From positions 4,588,001 to 4,652,000 of the forward strand of contig NC_047019.1 of assembly GCF_902652985.1 (NCBI RefSeq): a DNA stretch of 64,000 nt, read 5' to 3'. The notes beneath the pieces were generated by a model that was not told where the DNA came from, did not search any database, and was given only the letters and a program-made list of their open reading frames with translations. Source of the stretch: Pecten maximus (Eukaryota). The stretch's first letter is position 1, and the number at the start of each line of letters is the position of its first letter. This document shows, in pieces, positions 38,701-53,212 of this stretch. Position numbers and translations under genes: made by a program.

Positions 38701-41700
38701 GAAATATGGCTTTTAAAAACTTGAACTGCAAGTTGATGTAAAGATTTGCATTTGTGACATTACCATTCATATACACACTATATGATAATGATGTTGTTAC
38801 GAAGGACCAAGGTACCGGTGAGCTTATGCCATACCGTGGCGTCTGTCGTCCGTCTGTCGTCCGTCCATCCGTCAGCAATTGACTTCTTCTTCATAACCAC
38901 AGATCAGAATTTGACCAAATTGGTCAAAAGCATCCCTATGGGGTGGGGACTCAAAATTGTACAAATGGTGAAGCTGACCCCCCAGGGGTCTAAGGGGCGG
39001 GGCCAAAAGGGGTCAATTTGGCTAAATTGATATAAACGACTTCTCCTCTGAAACTAAGCAATGGATATCACTCATATTCGCCAGGTAGCATCCCCTTGGG
39101 GTAGGGATTCAAAATTGTACAAATGGTTGGGCTGACCCCCCGGGGCTGAGGGGCGGGGCCAAACAGTGTCAATTTGGCTGAATTGATATAAACAACTTCT
39201 TCTCTGAAACTAAGCAATGGATATTGCTCATATTCACCTGGTAGCATCCCCTTGGGGTAGGGATTCAAAATTGTACAAATGGTTGGGCTGACCCCCCGGG
39301 GCTGAGGGGCGGGGCCAAACAGTGTCAATTTGGGTTAATTGATATAAACAACTTCTTCTCTGAAACTAAGCAATGGATATCGCTCATATTCACCTGATAT
39401 TATCCCCTTGGGGTAGGGATTCAAAATAGTACAACTGTTTGGGCTGACCCCCCAGGGGGCTGATGGGCGGGGCCAAACGGGGTCAATTTGGCTAAATTGA
39501 TATAAACAACTTCTTCTCTGAAACTAAGCAATGGATATCGCTCATATTTGCCTGATAGCATCCCCTTGGGGTAGGGATTCAAAATAGTACAAATGTTGGG
39601 GCTGACTCCCCGGGGGGCTGAGGGGCGGGGCCAAAAGGGATCAATTTGGCTAAATTGACATTTTTAGAATTTCAATAAAAGCAATGTTCATGTACCCGTA
39701 TAAAATGCTTATGATATATTGACATATAGCAATACCAGTGACAAATATATCTAAGCATCATTCTTGTTTCATATCTCATAAAACCAGGTGAGCGATACAG
39801 GCCCTCTGGGCCTCTTGTAAATTTATTATATATCTATATATATTAATTTATATATGATATAACTTACTGTTTTTGTAATTATTTACAGAGTATTGTTAAC
39901 AGAGGGAGAAAGAGACCTTCAGGTAATTTTATATATTTTTTTTATTTATTAGTCCGGATCCGCTGCCAAGTAAATTGGGGAAACTATAGGTTTCCTTTCC
40001 ATTTTCTTGTACATTGAAAGATTTTCATCAAATTTCAAGCAATGATTAAGGACCATGATATCTATTCTTGGGACAATTTCAAGTTTCAGGGTTTTTTGAG
40101 TCAAGGTCACTATTTTTATTTTTAATGGGGGCCGATAAGGGACATGTACTGCTTTGGTAATACTCAGCATGCCTGTTTCAATGATTTTATTTGCTGTCAA
40201 TAAAAAATGTACATATACATGTCACCGTGTGTATGTATATAATGACTATACATGTATATTACTTAGGTATTGGAATTATAACTTAAAGACCTTTGACCTT
40301 CACATTAATTCCATGACCTTACTATCATTTATAATTAGACATACACTGGCTATTTTCTTTCAGGTCAGAGATTCCCTATAGAAGAAAGAGAGATCAAGGC
40401 GCGGATGGAGCTTCCTATGGTCCGGGCTGTGCTGGACACCGGGATGAACAGAAACGTAGTAATGCAAGCTATCAGGAACAGAATGGAGGATATTGGTGGG
40501 TATTCACTGCAGTAAAATTGATCGCTGTCTAGTACCACTTGATTCAAAAATGGGAGTTATTGCCTTTTTTTCTCAGTATTTCTATCTTGTTTTGGAATCT
40601 CCTCCCTCAGTTTTGCCAATCTGTATAAAATTTGAAGTATTTCTAATATACCGAGACAGTTTTACTTTTGTAGAAACTTTAGAAGAATTTTAATTGGGCA
40701 TACATTGTATATCTTATTCATAATGTCCATTTCGGTTTTTTCTGTTAACATTTTTCCAGGAATTTTGTACAGTTTAGATCATGTTGACGGGGAAGTGTAC
40801 ATTTTTGTATGTTGTTCTGCTTCTTCCAGCCAGATGTCTGACTGTGCTCTTTTTCAACAGTCCCATTTGAAATTTTGTCATTGCATATAAAGATGATTAT
40901 AATTTTTATCATGATTCCGTTTAGGTGATGACTTCCCGAATGCTGAGGCCCTTATGAACGCTGCCCTGGAAATTATTGATGATCCTGAACAGTTTAGTGC
41001 CGTCAAAGCCAGACGTTCAGGCTCTCAATCGCCCTCTAGTGAACCCCGGGAGACACCAGTGGAGGCAACTTGTATGTTGTTGATTGTAAACTTATAGATC
41101 TTAATTAAAACTTGTGTCAGATGCTATGATCTACTTTCAAGGTCATTAAAATATTCACTTCAATATCGCTTTTTTCTTGCAGACTTCTAAAAGAATTTAA
41201 CCTTGGCCTCGACATTGTTGACCATACCAGATAGGGCTTTTTATATTTGACATGATTTCCTTCTGACAAGATCTTTCTTATACATTTGCAGACCTGCTGA
41301 CCTTAACCATGACCTTTGACCTACTTTTTAAAGACTTTAACCTTGGCCTCGACATTATTGATCATACCAGATGGGCTTTCATATTTGACATGTTTTCCTT
41401 TTGACAAGACCTTTCGTATACAATTGCTGACAGTAACCGCGACCTTTGACCTACTTTTATACAACTTAACATTGGCTACTGTATGTTAAATGTACGAGAC
41501 GGGGCTGTCAGATTGACATTTGTGTTTCTTCTGACAAGACTTTTCCATTGATGCTATGCATTTGCTGACCTGCTTACCTTAACCGTGACCTTTGACCTAC
41601 TTTAAAAGATTTTGATTTGTTCACATGATAGGGGTTTAAATGTTTTAAAGTGAATTTTGTTGCACAATCAAGAGGTCTACAGTGATATTTAATCAAAAAG

Positions 41701-42856
41701 ATGAATGAACTTTGATTTGACCTTACTACATGCTGATATACATCAGGTATATTAGAGTCAAATCAGAATGACCTGTTGCATTGACCTTTTCATGGAATAT
41801 TCAAAGTTCCATTTGTGCATGGGTGTGTTAACAAAACATATTGATTATTTAGAATACTAGTGTCCAGCAGGGTGCTGTTTTGGACCATTCATTTTTGTTA
41901 CAATTTTATATTGACAACACAGGGATTGTATCATTTATTTTTGATGCATGGTTTGAACATATTCAACTAACAATGTGATAAATTGTTCACATGTTAACAG
42001 TTTTGTTGCTAAATCTAGACCAGTATATACAAATGATGCAGCTGATGATAAGGTTTGTTACATTATAAACAACTAACAGATACACATGTATATATACAAA
42101 GCACCTATTTATCCCTAAATGACCTATAGACTCCTAATCAATATGCTAATAAAGTTCAACACGACAGGTCATTCTTGTCGGACTATACAATTAATTCAAG
42201 TGACATGTTGTTCTATAGGTGAGGAGGCAAGCAGCTCAAATGAGGAAAGACTAAATTCAGGAAAATCAGATGATCCAGGTAATGTATTGAAAAAAACATC
42301 CTTGTTTCGATTCCATTCGAACATGTGTTTCCATACCAGTTTAATATAGTGTAGTAGACAACCTTACTGTGTTCTGACAAATGTACATTTGAGTTTTACA
42401 GATGACAATGAATTAATCAATACAGTTGCAAATCTCAAATCATGTTTTTCCTCATCGAAATCAACATGATTTCAATTCATACATTTTGTATTTATAGGCT
42501 AACCCACGATAAAGATAATTTTCATGCAAAATTTACATAAAGTATATATGACACAGAAAAAAATCTTTTCTCAGATGGCTAGCCATTTATATGAAATTAT
42601 TAAGTTACTGTTATTTTCTTATTTTCTGGTCAATCATTTACTCAATTTGTTGATATTTACATGTTTAGATTTATCAGAAGAGATTCGGACACTGAAGGAC
42701 CAGAAGACGTGCAAGATCTGTTTAGATGCGGAGGTGGGAATGGTATTTCTGCCCTGTGGCCACCTTTGTGCCTGCGTCACATGCGCTCCCGCTGTACAAC
42801 ATTGTCCGATCTGTCGTTGTGACATCAGAGGAACTGTAAGAACCTACATGTCATAA
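35742..42856 (+). CDS. Baculoviral IAP repeat-containing protein (BIR-BIR-BIR-UBA-RING; cIAP/XIAP/DIAP2-like), 726 aa
   Basis: GT-AG exons 35742-37182, 37691-37869, 39889-39922, 40364-40495, 40925-41071, 42219-42278, 42669-42856 sum to 2181 nt in frame. Three BIR motifs (RLKSF..WP...LAAAGLYY...C..C...W...H...CPF), a UBA-like segment ([24 protein letters not shown]) and a C-terminal RING ([36 protein letters not shown]). Confidence 0.95.
38800..39818 (+). mobile_element. HINE/pearl-like non-autonomous Helentron with ~156-158-bp central tandem repeats, in an IAP intron
   Basis: 5' GGTGAGCTTATGCCATACC followed by (GTCC/GTCT)n, ~5 internal repeats (TGAAACTAAGCAATGGATAT at 39049, 39205, 39361, 39519), and 3' CAGGTGAGCGATACAGGCCCTCTGGGCCTCTTGT with a terminal palindrome. 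Confidence 0.8.
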
Positions 42857-43198
42857 TGTGGTCCCTTGTGTGGTCCAATCATAATTCACAACTTTGCAGA
42901 AAAGTTCAAACGACGGCTGTGAGATGTTCGTGGAGAAAATGTCTGTAGCGAAATAAATCACCCCTGAGCATATTGCTGGCCGAGACAGTGGTGTCTACAA
43001 TTTTACTGGTGTGACAGTTTCTTATCTAACCTAAGTGTTGAGAAAAACAACAGGTGCTCTTTGCAAATCTCAACAAGAGTATGGCCTCATGTCACAGCAA
43101 TAATACAATGATATCACAATGACTATTAATTTACGTCAACATTCTCTGGCATGGATGCAACTTCAATATCAGGTTCATAAGATAAGAGAAAAATAATA

Positions 43199-43683
43199 AT
43201 TTACCCCTTTGGGGTGCAACAGGGGGATCTCAATCCTTGGGGTAAGATACTGCCTGGATATCTGCCAAACACTCGAAAAGCCCGAGCCCCACTCGATTTG
43301 CACTGTTCTCTGAAGAGAAGCCTTCTAAGAAGATCGCATTCTGTTATATGTAAATCCAGTAAACTGGAAGAAAATAACCCAAAACAAACAAGTTTTTTAA
43401 GTTTTCTCAAGCACTATGACACTAACGTGTATGTATGTGCCATAAATCCTTCTCTAGTGAAACTCATCACTCGCACACTTGGTCGTCGCCATCTTGGAAG
43501 ATAATTCTTCCAGCTTCGAGACGGAAGAGGAAGAAGATCTTCCAGAAGCAGAAGAGCTACAAATCAAGTGACCGGAAGTTATATTCTAGAAGAAGAAGAG
43601 TGCAAATCGAGTGGGGCTCTGGTGTTTGATAAATTAAGAACCTTCCTGCTCCCTCTCTCTGTTTCACCCCCAAGGTGGTAAAA
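43199..43683. mobile_element. MITE-like element downstream of the IAP stop codon
   Basis: Imperfect TIRs TTACCCCTTTGGGGTGCAACAG / CTGTTTCACCCCCAAGGTGGTAA. Confidence 0.5.
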
Positions 43684-46600
43684 GATCAAATTTCTACCAC
43701 AACACGCTGTGTTATTCCACTATCATGCCATCCTATAAATATGCTGACCATTAGATATATATGTTTTATTCCACTAGTGGATTATAAACTTCTGGTCTTT
43801 TGATTGGTCTAGAATTTGAACTTTGACCCAAACTGCAATTGTTATTAACGTCATCAATAATCGAATGATGTCACATCACCGGGTTCTCGTTCTCACTTAT
43901 GCATCTTATTTGCATATGCGAAATTAGACTTGGCGACGTTCCCCATTGATTCAACCCAATATCATTGTGGTAGAAACAGGTCACACGACTCATGATTTTT
44001 GGATATGGAATTTATTTCTCACTTATGCATCTTATTTGCATATGTGAAATTAGACTTGGCGACGTTCCCCATTGATTCAACCCAATATCATTGTGGTAGA
44101 AACAGGTCACACGACTGGTGATTTTTGGATATGGAATTTATTTCACACTTAAATTTCAAAAGTTACAAAAGACACTCGCTTAAGCTTGCATCTTTTGTAA
44201 CTTTAAAAAAATAATTTACTCTTGTGAAATAAATTCCATATCAAACAACCATTCGTTGTATAACCTCTACAAATGTATTTGTCTCATCCTGTTGTTGCGA
44301 TGAGGGATTAATTTCCCTTTAGCATTTATCAGAGGGCCAATAGGGTAAAGATGAAATAATTTGGGGTTGACTTTGGTCATCTTAAGTTGCCAGTAATGAA
44401 CATCCTCATTAGGGCAGAGTTCATTTCTGACCCCCAAAGTGACAAAAGTTTACCAGACTCTTTTATGTATGAGTGGCAAAAATTTGCGAAGGGATATACT
44501 CCATCTAAATGTACTAATGTTCTCCAACGAGGGTTTTATTGCATTTTTTTACCGTACAGGGTGGAATATTTTAATCCTTCAATCACATAGATATAAAAGA
44601 GTATATTTTTCTTGTGTTTCAAATAATCAGATATCCAGCCATTTTCTGATTTCCTGATCAGAGGCCATTGTATTACAGATGTCACATAATTATATTATTG
44701 CATGATACATTTACCTTGTATAACAAATGTATTTGTATGGACCTTTTAATGCAGAAACCCTGGGCATACAATACATGTATAATTATGTGGTATGAACCAG
44801 TACACAGAGAGAAAAGCTCAGTTTAACTTGCTTCATGCTTCAGGGGTGGTCAATAACACAAAAACTGCATTTATTATGGATTAAGAGACCACCTAATTAA
44901 ATTTAATTTAATTTCAAAAGGTCCTTGGACAATGTCACTCACATTGTATGTGTATTAAAAAATATGGCTAAACTGTCAGAGTAGGCGCCTAGTCCAAAAC
45001 GGGTACATGTACCTGTAAGTTAATTTGTAATTAGAAAATACAAATTTATTGGAAGAAGACACTAACGTGCTGTCTGTGTTGTGAAAGGAACCATGTCCTC
45101 CACTAAGTATAATATAATACCTGAACGGTTTCGTTATTAAGACGTAATTTAACTCATCAAAGGGTAATTGTTGTATCCTACTAGATGCACCAACTCTTTA
45201 CCATATGACACCTCAAGGGACCAGTGTCCAAGGTGATGCATACTCGGTAAGTCATGTCAGTAATTAAATAAAATACTCTGTATTAAACTTTTACCTGTTC
45301 GTAATACATTCACTGTTACTTTACTCCTTTGCATGCAAGCACCACCCCCTCCCGACTCCCCGCAATATTCAAAGTTAAACAAAAGATGTATTGTTGAATA
45401 TTTGTTAAACTAATGCACCAACATTCACCAATATGTGTGTATGTATGATCAATGTATTAAGCTCTAATTGAAAGGAAGATATAAGTATATTTGCTCCATC
45501 ATGGTTACTTCATAACTATTATAGGTATAAAATTTATTTTCAATTTTACATTTGTGCTCAAACCATTCACAAACTCTCTGAATGAAGTGTGTGTATGCTA
45601 GGCTATTTTAAATATCCAGTGTGTGTCTTACTCCAACTTTGATATATTTCATAATAGAGTCAGGTTGTATACTAGTATTTCGCAGGAGCATAAGTGAGAC
45701 TAGCTAGATTGTACAATTTTCCTTTGTTGTTGGTATTGATATCTATGCTTGGAAATTTTCCTTAAGATCAAGTTTCTCAGAAAGTACAACTACTGACTAT
45801 AGCAACTAATTTTGTTGGTTAGATTTTGGTGTTAAAACGCAAATCAGGACCACAGGGTTTTGACATGGATTTCTAACCCGGTCCATATATATGAACATTC
45901 GATATATATTATATGTAGTATGGGTTGGAAATTCGTACCAAGTCCATATGATCAGGTCCTAAGATTAAAAACAATGATTCTTAAGACCAAATTTTGATGG
46001 ATATTGAAAATTGTCAAGAAACCATTCACTGGTTTCCACTATATAAAATACATTTCCTCAGTCAGATTTTCAAAAATATGTGTTTCGGATCTAGTCAATC
46101 AAAGAGTCAAAATTAAGATGTGATATGTAATTCAACTGAGGTATCGAGCAAAACTTGATGACATTTTGCAATCTCTACAATTAATTATCTGTTATTTGAT
46201 GTCAAATATTTGTTGTTATGAATGAATTTACTTTTGTACCTGTTGAAAAGTTTGCTCCAAATTGAAGAATTTATGGTGATAGGTTCAAACGCAAGTTAAT
46301 TTTTAATTATCATAAATATTTACAATTGCAGTCTGCAGTTGTTTTTTGGTTTGAAAAAAGATGCTAGATATAAAGCATACGTTATGATATTATATGTTGT
46401 TGTTTTTTTGCTTGGAAGGAGGAATTGAAGTAAGGTATTTATCCAGTAATTATGCCATTGATTTAAGCATACTCTTGAAATTAATCTGTTTCATTGTCCT
46501 GTGATGAGCACATCACTCTTGACATTTAGTCAGAGTTAGGGTTGTGTGGCTCTTCCTCACCCTGATATTACAAGATGAAAAATAAAATTGTAAATAAATA

Positions 46601-46702
46601 CGAAAGCAAATGTGATGGTTCATGAATATGGGCATTTCAGCTGCATAGTCCGATAGCCTTAAGCTTTTGTGGCTGTGCGGTTGAGTGTCGTTTCTGTGTT
46701 GT

Positions 46703-46748
46703 GAAGTTAAGCAACATCGAGCGTGGTCAGCTCTTGGATGGGTGACCG
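46703..46748 (+). other. 5S rRNA-derived fragment (SINE3-like head or pseudogene), not an intact 5S gene
   Basis: GAAGTTAAGCAACATCGAGCGTGGTCAGCTCTTGGATGGGTGACCG resembles the 5S internal control region (box A-IE-box C); the 5' and 3' ends of 5S are absent. Confidence 0.65.
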
Positions 46749-47836
46749 TTCAGGTGTACCCCCTACCCACGTTTTTATATATTTTGGCGCCCAACCATGC
46801 TGCTAAAATGCCCATATCCATCAATCATCGCATAAGGAACCGGAAGTCTCAACATCACAGGACAGTAACAAATTGTAACATATTGATAACGTTGTAGCTT
46901 CCTTTATCTGAACTACAAGTAGTGTCTTACCTTTCTGGATCCAATGTACATGTCTGTATACAGTGGAAAAGTCATAGTGATGGAAACTATTGTATTCTAT
47001 TGTAGCAGCCATACTTTAGCTCTCTGTAATAATTAAATTAATGATTTATTGATTAAAATCAAATTTACATGTAATTGCTTCACGAGTGTAATTCTTGTTT
47101 TTATTTGGGTTTCATCAAATGTCATTGTAAATTTCAGAGCTCAAATATTTTTAGTTCCGGTTTAACGTTAGAAAATGGACCTCCGTTAAAAAAATACCCT
47201 AGGTCAGTTTTCAACGTTTAATATGGACCCTGGGTCTGTTTTCAATGTTGAAAATGAACCCTGAATGCTGTTGAAAATGGATCGTGTTGTTGAAAAATGA
47301 CAGCTTAAAAGGTCAATTCTGAACGGATTTTATGTTGAAAATTGTTCAACACAAGCTTCGCCGATCTTCTTCATTTGACATATAAAATGCGTGGGTTCTT
47401 TGATCGCCTCTCTCCCTGTAAGTGCCCTCTTCTGAGTAGGCATTGGGATCAAATTAAATAATGTCTTGTCCGTTCGTCCACATATTTTGTTCCGACCGAT
47501 AATTTTGATATTGTTTAAACACACTCTCAGGCCATAGGATATTCGGGCTTGGTTGTTTGAAGACGTAAAATCACGTGGTTTGAGTACGACATTCCCTCCA
47601 AAATATGACGTCACAACCACCGGACGAAGGGACAATCCGAAGAATCGTATTCTAATCACGTGATATTACGTCATTTTCACTATCTTGATGCTCTCGTAAT
47701 TGTTTGTGGTAAACTCTCGTTGTTTATGGCCTTGAAGCCATATGATTTATCCTCAGACTCCCAATTGTACACGTCAGCAATATTCGAATGACGTCACACA
47801 GTCGTGTCCTGACATGCCATTTGGACATATCAGGTA

Positions 47837-47925
47837 GTCGTTTTTCGAGATCAACATGTTTTGATGTAAAAACAACTTTTCAAAAGTTGTTTTTACATCA
47901 AAACATGCTGATCTCGAAAAACGAC
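47837..47925. repeat. Near-perfect 89-bp palindrome
   Basis: 44-bp arms with one mismatch around a single central base. Confidence 0.9.
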
Positions 47926-48204
47926 ATGTTACATGTATCTGATATTAGAAAATAGTTTTGATATCAGAAAACGGCAATGAATATTCTTTGGTCTATTCTG
48001 AAACCGGGCACAATTAAAGTATGGAATCGATCCGGAGATATAGTGCTCATACATGTAGGGATCTGTTTTCAACATTGATTATGAGACATGTTACCATGGA
48101 GTCATATTTAACGAAATGTTATACCAGAACACTGACAGATCAGAAAGGACCTCCTTAGTGTGGCCATTTATGTCCCCCATACATGAAGTCACAAAATACG
48201 AAAT

Positions 48205-51200
48205 GTTGAATGTCTAGCGACACAACATTCAAAATCTGAATGTCATGTGTCGAGCTACACAACATTCAAAATCTGAATGTCATATGTCTAGCGACACAAC
48301 ATTCAAAATCTGAATGTCATATGTCGAGCTACACAACATTCAAAATCTGAATGTCATATGTCTAGCGACACAACATTCAAAATCTGAATGTCATGTGTCG
48401 AGCTACACAACATTCAAAATCTGAATGTCATGTCGAGCGACACAACATTCAAAATCTGAATGTCATATGTCTAGCGACACAACATTCAAAATCTGAATGT
48501 CATGTCGAGCTGCACAACATTCAAAATCTGAATATCATATGTCTAGCGACACAACATTCAAAATCTGAATCTCATATGTCTAGCGACACAACATTCAAAA
48601 TCTGAATGTCATGTCGAGCTGCAAAACATTCAAAATCTGAATGTCATGTGTCGAGCTACACAACATTCAAAATCTGAATGTCATATGTCTAGCGACACAA
48701 CATTCAAAATCTTAATGTCATGTGTCGAGCTACACAACATTCAAAATCTGAATGTCATGTGTCGAGCGACACAACATTCAAAATCTGAATGTCATATGTC
48801 TAGCGACACAACATTCAAAATCTGAATGTCATATATCGAGCTACACAACATTCAAAATCTGAATGTCATGTCGAGCGACGCAACATTCAAAATCTGAATG
48901 TCATATGTCGAGCTACACAACATTCAAAATCTGAATGTCATGTGTCGATGTACACAACATTCAAAATCTGAATGTCATATATCGAGCTACACAACATTCA
49001 AAATCTGAATGTCATGTCGAGCGACGCAACATTCAAAATCTGAATGTCATATGTCGAGCTACACAACATTCAAAATCTGAATGTCATATGTCTAGCGACA
49101 CAACATTCAAAATCTGAATGTCATATGTCCAGCTACACATTCAAAATCTGAATGTCATGTGTCGAGCTACACGACATTCAAAATCTGAATGTCATGTGTC
49201 GAGCTACACAACATTCAAAATCTTAATGGCATATGTCGACCTACACAATTAACATTCAAAATCTGAATGTCATATGTCGAGCGAAACAACATTCAAAATC
49301 TGAATCTCATGTGTCGAGCTACACAACATTCAAAATCTGAATGTCATGTGTCGAGCTACACGACATTCAAAATCTGAATGTCATTTGCCGAGCTACACAA
49401 CATTCAAAATCTGAATGTCATATGTCTAGCGACACAACATTCAAAATCTGAATGTCATATGTCTAGCGACACAACATTCAAAATCTGAATGTCATGTCGA
49501 GCTGCAAAACATTCAAAATCTGAATGTCATGTGTCGAGCTACACAACATTCAAAATCTGAATGTCATATGTCTAGCGACACAACATTCAAAATCTGAATG
49601 TCATGTGTCGAGCTACACAACATTCAAAATCTGAATGTCATGTGTCGAGCGACACAACATTCAAAATCTGAATGTCATATGTCTAGCGACACAACATTCA
49701 AAATCTGAATGTCATATATCGAACTACACAACATTCAAAATCTGAATGTCATGTCGAGCGACGCAACATTCAAAATCTGAATGTCATATGTCGAGCTACA
49801 CAACATTCAAAATCTGAATGTCATGTGTCGATGTACACAACATTCAAAATCTGAATGTCATATATCGAGCTACACAACATTCAAAATCTGAATGTCATGT
49901 CGAGCGACGCAACATTCAAAATCTGAATGTCATATGTCGAGCTACACAACATTCAAAATCTGAATGTCATATGTCTAGCGACACAACATTCAAAATCTTA
50001 ATGGCATATGTCGACCTACACAATTAACATTCAAAATCTGAATGTCATATGTCGAGCGAAACAACATTCAAAATCTGAATCTCATGTGTCGAGCTACACA
50101 ACATTCAAAATCTGAATGTCATGTGTCGAGCTACACGACATTCAAAATCTGAATGTCATTTGCCGAGCTACACAACATTCAAAATCTGAATGTCATATGT
50201 CTAGCGACACAACATTCAAAATCTGAATCTCATATGTCTAGCGACACAACATTCAAAATCTGAATGTCATGTCGAGCTGCAAAACATTCAAAATCTGAAT
50301 GTCATGTGTCGAGCTACACAACATTCAAAATCTGAATGTCATATGTCTAGCGACACAACATTCAAAATCTGAATGTCATGTGTCGAGCTACACAACATTC
50401 AAAATCTGAATGTCATGTGTCGAGCGACACAACATTCAAAATCTGAATGTCATATGTCTAGCGACACAACATTCAAAATCTGAATGTCATATATCGAGCT
50501 ACACAACATTCAAAATCTGAATGTCATGTCGAGCGACGCAACATTCAAAATCTGAATGTCATATGTCGAGCTACACAACATTCAAAATCTGAATGTCATG
50601 TGTCGATGTACACAACATTCAAAATCTGAATGTCATGTCGAGCGACGCAACATTCAAAATCTGAATGTCATATGTCGAGCTACACAACATTCAAAATCTG
50701 AATGTCATATGTCTAGCGACACAACATTCAAAATCTGAATGTCATATGTCGAGCTACACATTCAAAATCTGAATGTCATGTGTCGAGCTACACGACATTC
50801 AAAATCTGAATGTCATGTGTCGAGCTACACAACATTCAAAATCTTAATGGCATATGTCGACCTACACAATTAACATTCAAAATCTGAATGTCATATGTCG
50901 AGCTACACAACATTCAAAATCTGAATCTCATGTGTCGAGCTACACAACATTCAAAATCTGAATGTCATGTGTCGAGCTACACGACATTCAAAATCTGAAT
51001 GTCATTTGCCGAGCTACACAACATTCAAAATCTGAATGTCATATGTCTAGCGACACAACATTCAAAATCTGAATCTCATATGTCTAGCGACACAACATTC
51101 AAAATCTGAATGTCATGTCGAGCTGCAAAACATTCAAAATCTGAATGTCATGTGTCGAGCTACACAACATTCAAAATCTGAATGTCATATGTCGAGCTAC

Positions 51201-51581
51201 ACAACATTCAAAATCTGAATGTCATATGTCGAGTTACACAACATTCAAAATCTGAATGTCATGTGCCGAGCTACACAACATTCAAAATCTGAATGTCATG
51301 TGTCGAGCTACACAACATTCAAAATCTGAATGTCATATGTCGAGCTACACAACATTCAAAATCTGAATGTCATATGTCGAGTTACACAACATTCAAAATC
51401 TGAATGTCATGTGTCGAGCTACACAACATTCAAAATCTGAATGTCATATGTCGAGCTACACAACATTCAAAATCTGAATGTCATATGTCGAGTTACACAA
51501 CATTCAAAATCTGAATGTCATGTGCCGAGCCACACAACATTCAAAATCTAAATGTCATGTGTCGAGCTACACGACATTCGA
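48205..51581. repeat. 37-bp satellite (CATTCAAAATCTGAATGTCATATGTCGAGCTACACAA), ~90 copies, with higher-order repeats
   Basis: Direct tandem repeats with 35-bp variants; diagnostic variants recur at 775-883-bp spacing. Confidence 0.97.
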
Positions 51582-53212
51582 AAGTTCCTTCGTTGGCTAG
51601 TGAAAACATGTTGACCATGCTTCACGTAAGTGAATCGATAAATGAATAACTCATCGCTTGACCTTGCACTTTGACCTACTGCTCTTGACATTATGTGCGG
51701 TCATATTAATCGAGCCGACATGGCGGGTTTAGTTACGAAATGGTAAACCATTTGTAACATTCCACGGGTCGGAGTGAAGAATGCGCTGATGGTTCAATTG
51801 TCAACGGCATATTCAGGTCAATATTCAACGCTGAAAACTGACCCCGGGTCAATTTTCAACGTGGGTCCATTTTCAACGTTATAAAGGGCCGTAGTGTTTC
51901 CCCTAAGAAATATTACTGACCCCCCTATAGTCTCATGGGGTCACTAACATGTGACCCTTTTTTCACCTATCAAATGCAACAAGTCTGTCCGATCCGACAA
52001 GTTTATTATCCGGAAGCAAAAATTTCCGTGACGTCATAAATACACTTAATAAATTATAGTGACAATTAATGCAGAGCAAATGGAAATATACCTTGACTCT
52101 AGAAGGTTAACAAATTAAAGTTTATTTTTTGACTGAATGACATTGCATGCTTTCAAAACAGTAGAAGGCAAATTGTATTCATTGAAAAAAAAAAAAAAAA
52201 CAGGCGTCGAGTTATTATATGGAATAGAAGCATTTGTTTTGGTGAGAAACTATCAATTTCTAAACATTTTCTTCGGGTTTGAGAGTATGGTTTATATAAC
52301 TTTTCGTTACACAACCAATGGAAGACCGATCAGAAAGCAGTCGGGGTCACAGATCAATAAATAGGCTGTTGTATATACATAACACCCCGTACAAAAAATA
52401 AAATTAACATGTGATCGACTGGAAAACCCCAAAAGTATTGGAAAGGTAGAGCAATCCTTCGAGGCGGCAGATTTTAAAAAAGCAACATTTTGATACACCG
52501 CAGTGGGTCAGTACTAAGTCGAGATGAGGGGGCACATAGACTCTCGCAACGGCATATTACATATGACCACTATTAGGCAAAGGGTAGCAGAATAGAGTCG
52601 TTTCGATACATGATGATTGTTGCGCATGTATACATACATGTACATCATTAGGTATATGCATGTATTACCAGGTCAGTATCTGGCTATCGTGGTTTTTTTT
52701 AAAATAGATCAGATTAAAGATTAGCTTTGCTGAACGGGTTTTTATCCCCGGTAAAAATCAAGTTTGTTATTATTATAAATATACGACATTGGCTAACTAC
52801 GCCGATCTAGCTGTAACAATTACAGGTTCACTTAAAAATACTAAATAATACACACATTAATTGTTATAATTGATATGTAACATACTCAGACACATATTAA
52901 TACATTGTAGGTCTCTGGCATGGTGGGGGAAATAATGGATAGCATGTTCAATATTTTTGGTCCACATGAAAAAACCAAAGTCACTCCACATGAATAAAGG
53001 GCCTTTTTTGCTAAAAATTATTAGCTTTGACATCTGAAATTAATTAGCCTTTGAGGCATATATAAAATCATAGAATTCCATTGTAATAAATGACCTTAAC
53101 ATGTTTCAGTGACAACATAACATTGTCTATTGTCTTGTCCAAACTATACCATTGTAAGAAACGAATGTTTTGTAGATCTACCAATAGACTACACTTTTGA
53201 TATGCTCATATA

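Noticed and set aside
42001-42052. Possible extra IAP exon (AG...GT bounded)
   Set aside because: 52 nt breaks the phase; the model is in frame without it.
48205-51581. CRISPR-like array (palindromic ~37-bp repeats)
   Set aside because: No unique spacers, no cas genes, eukaryotic context; it is a plain tandem satellite.
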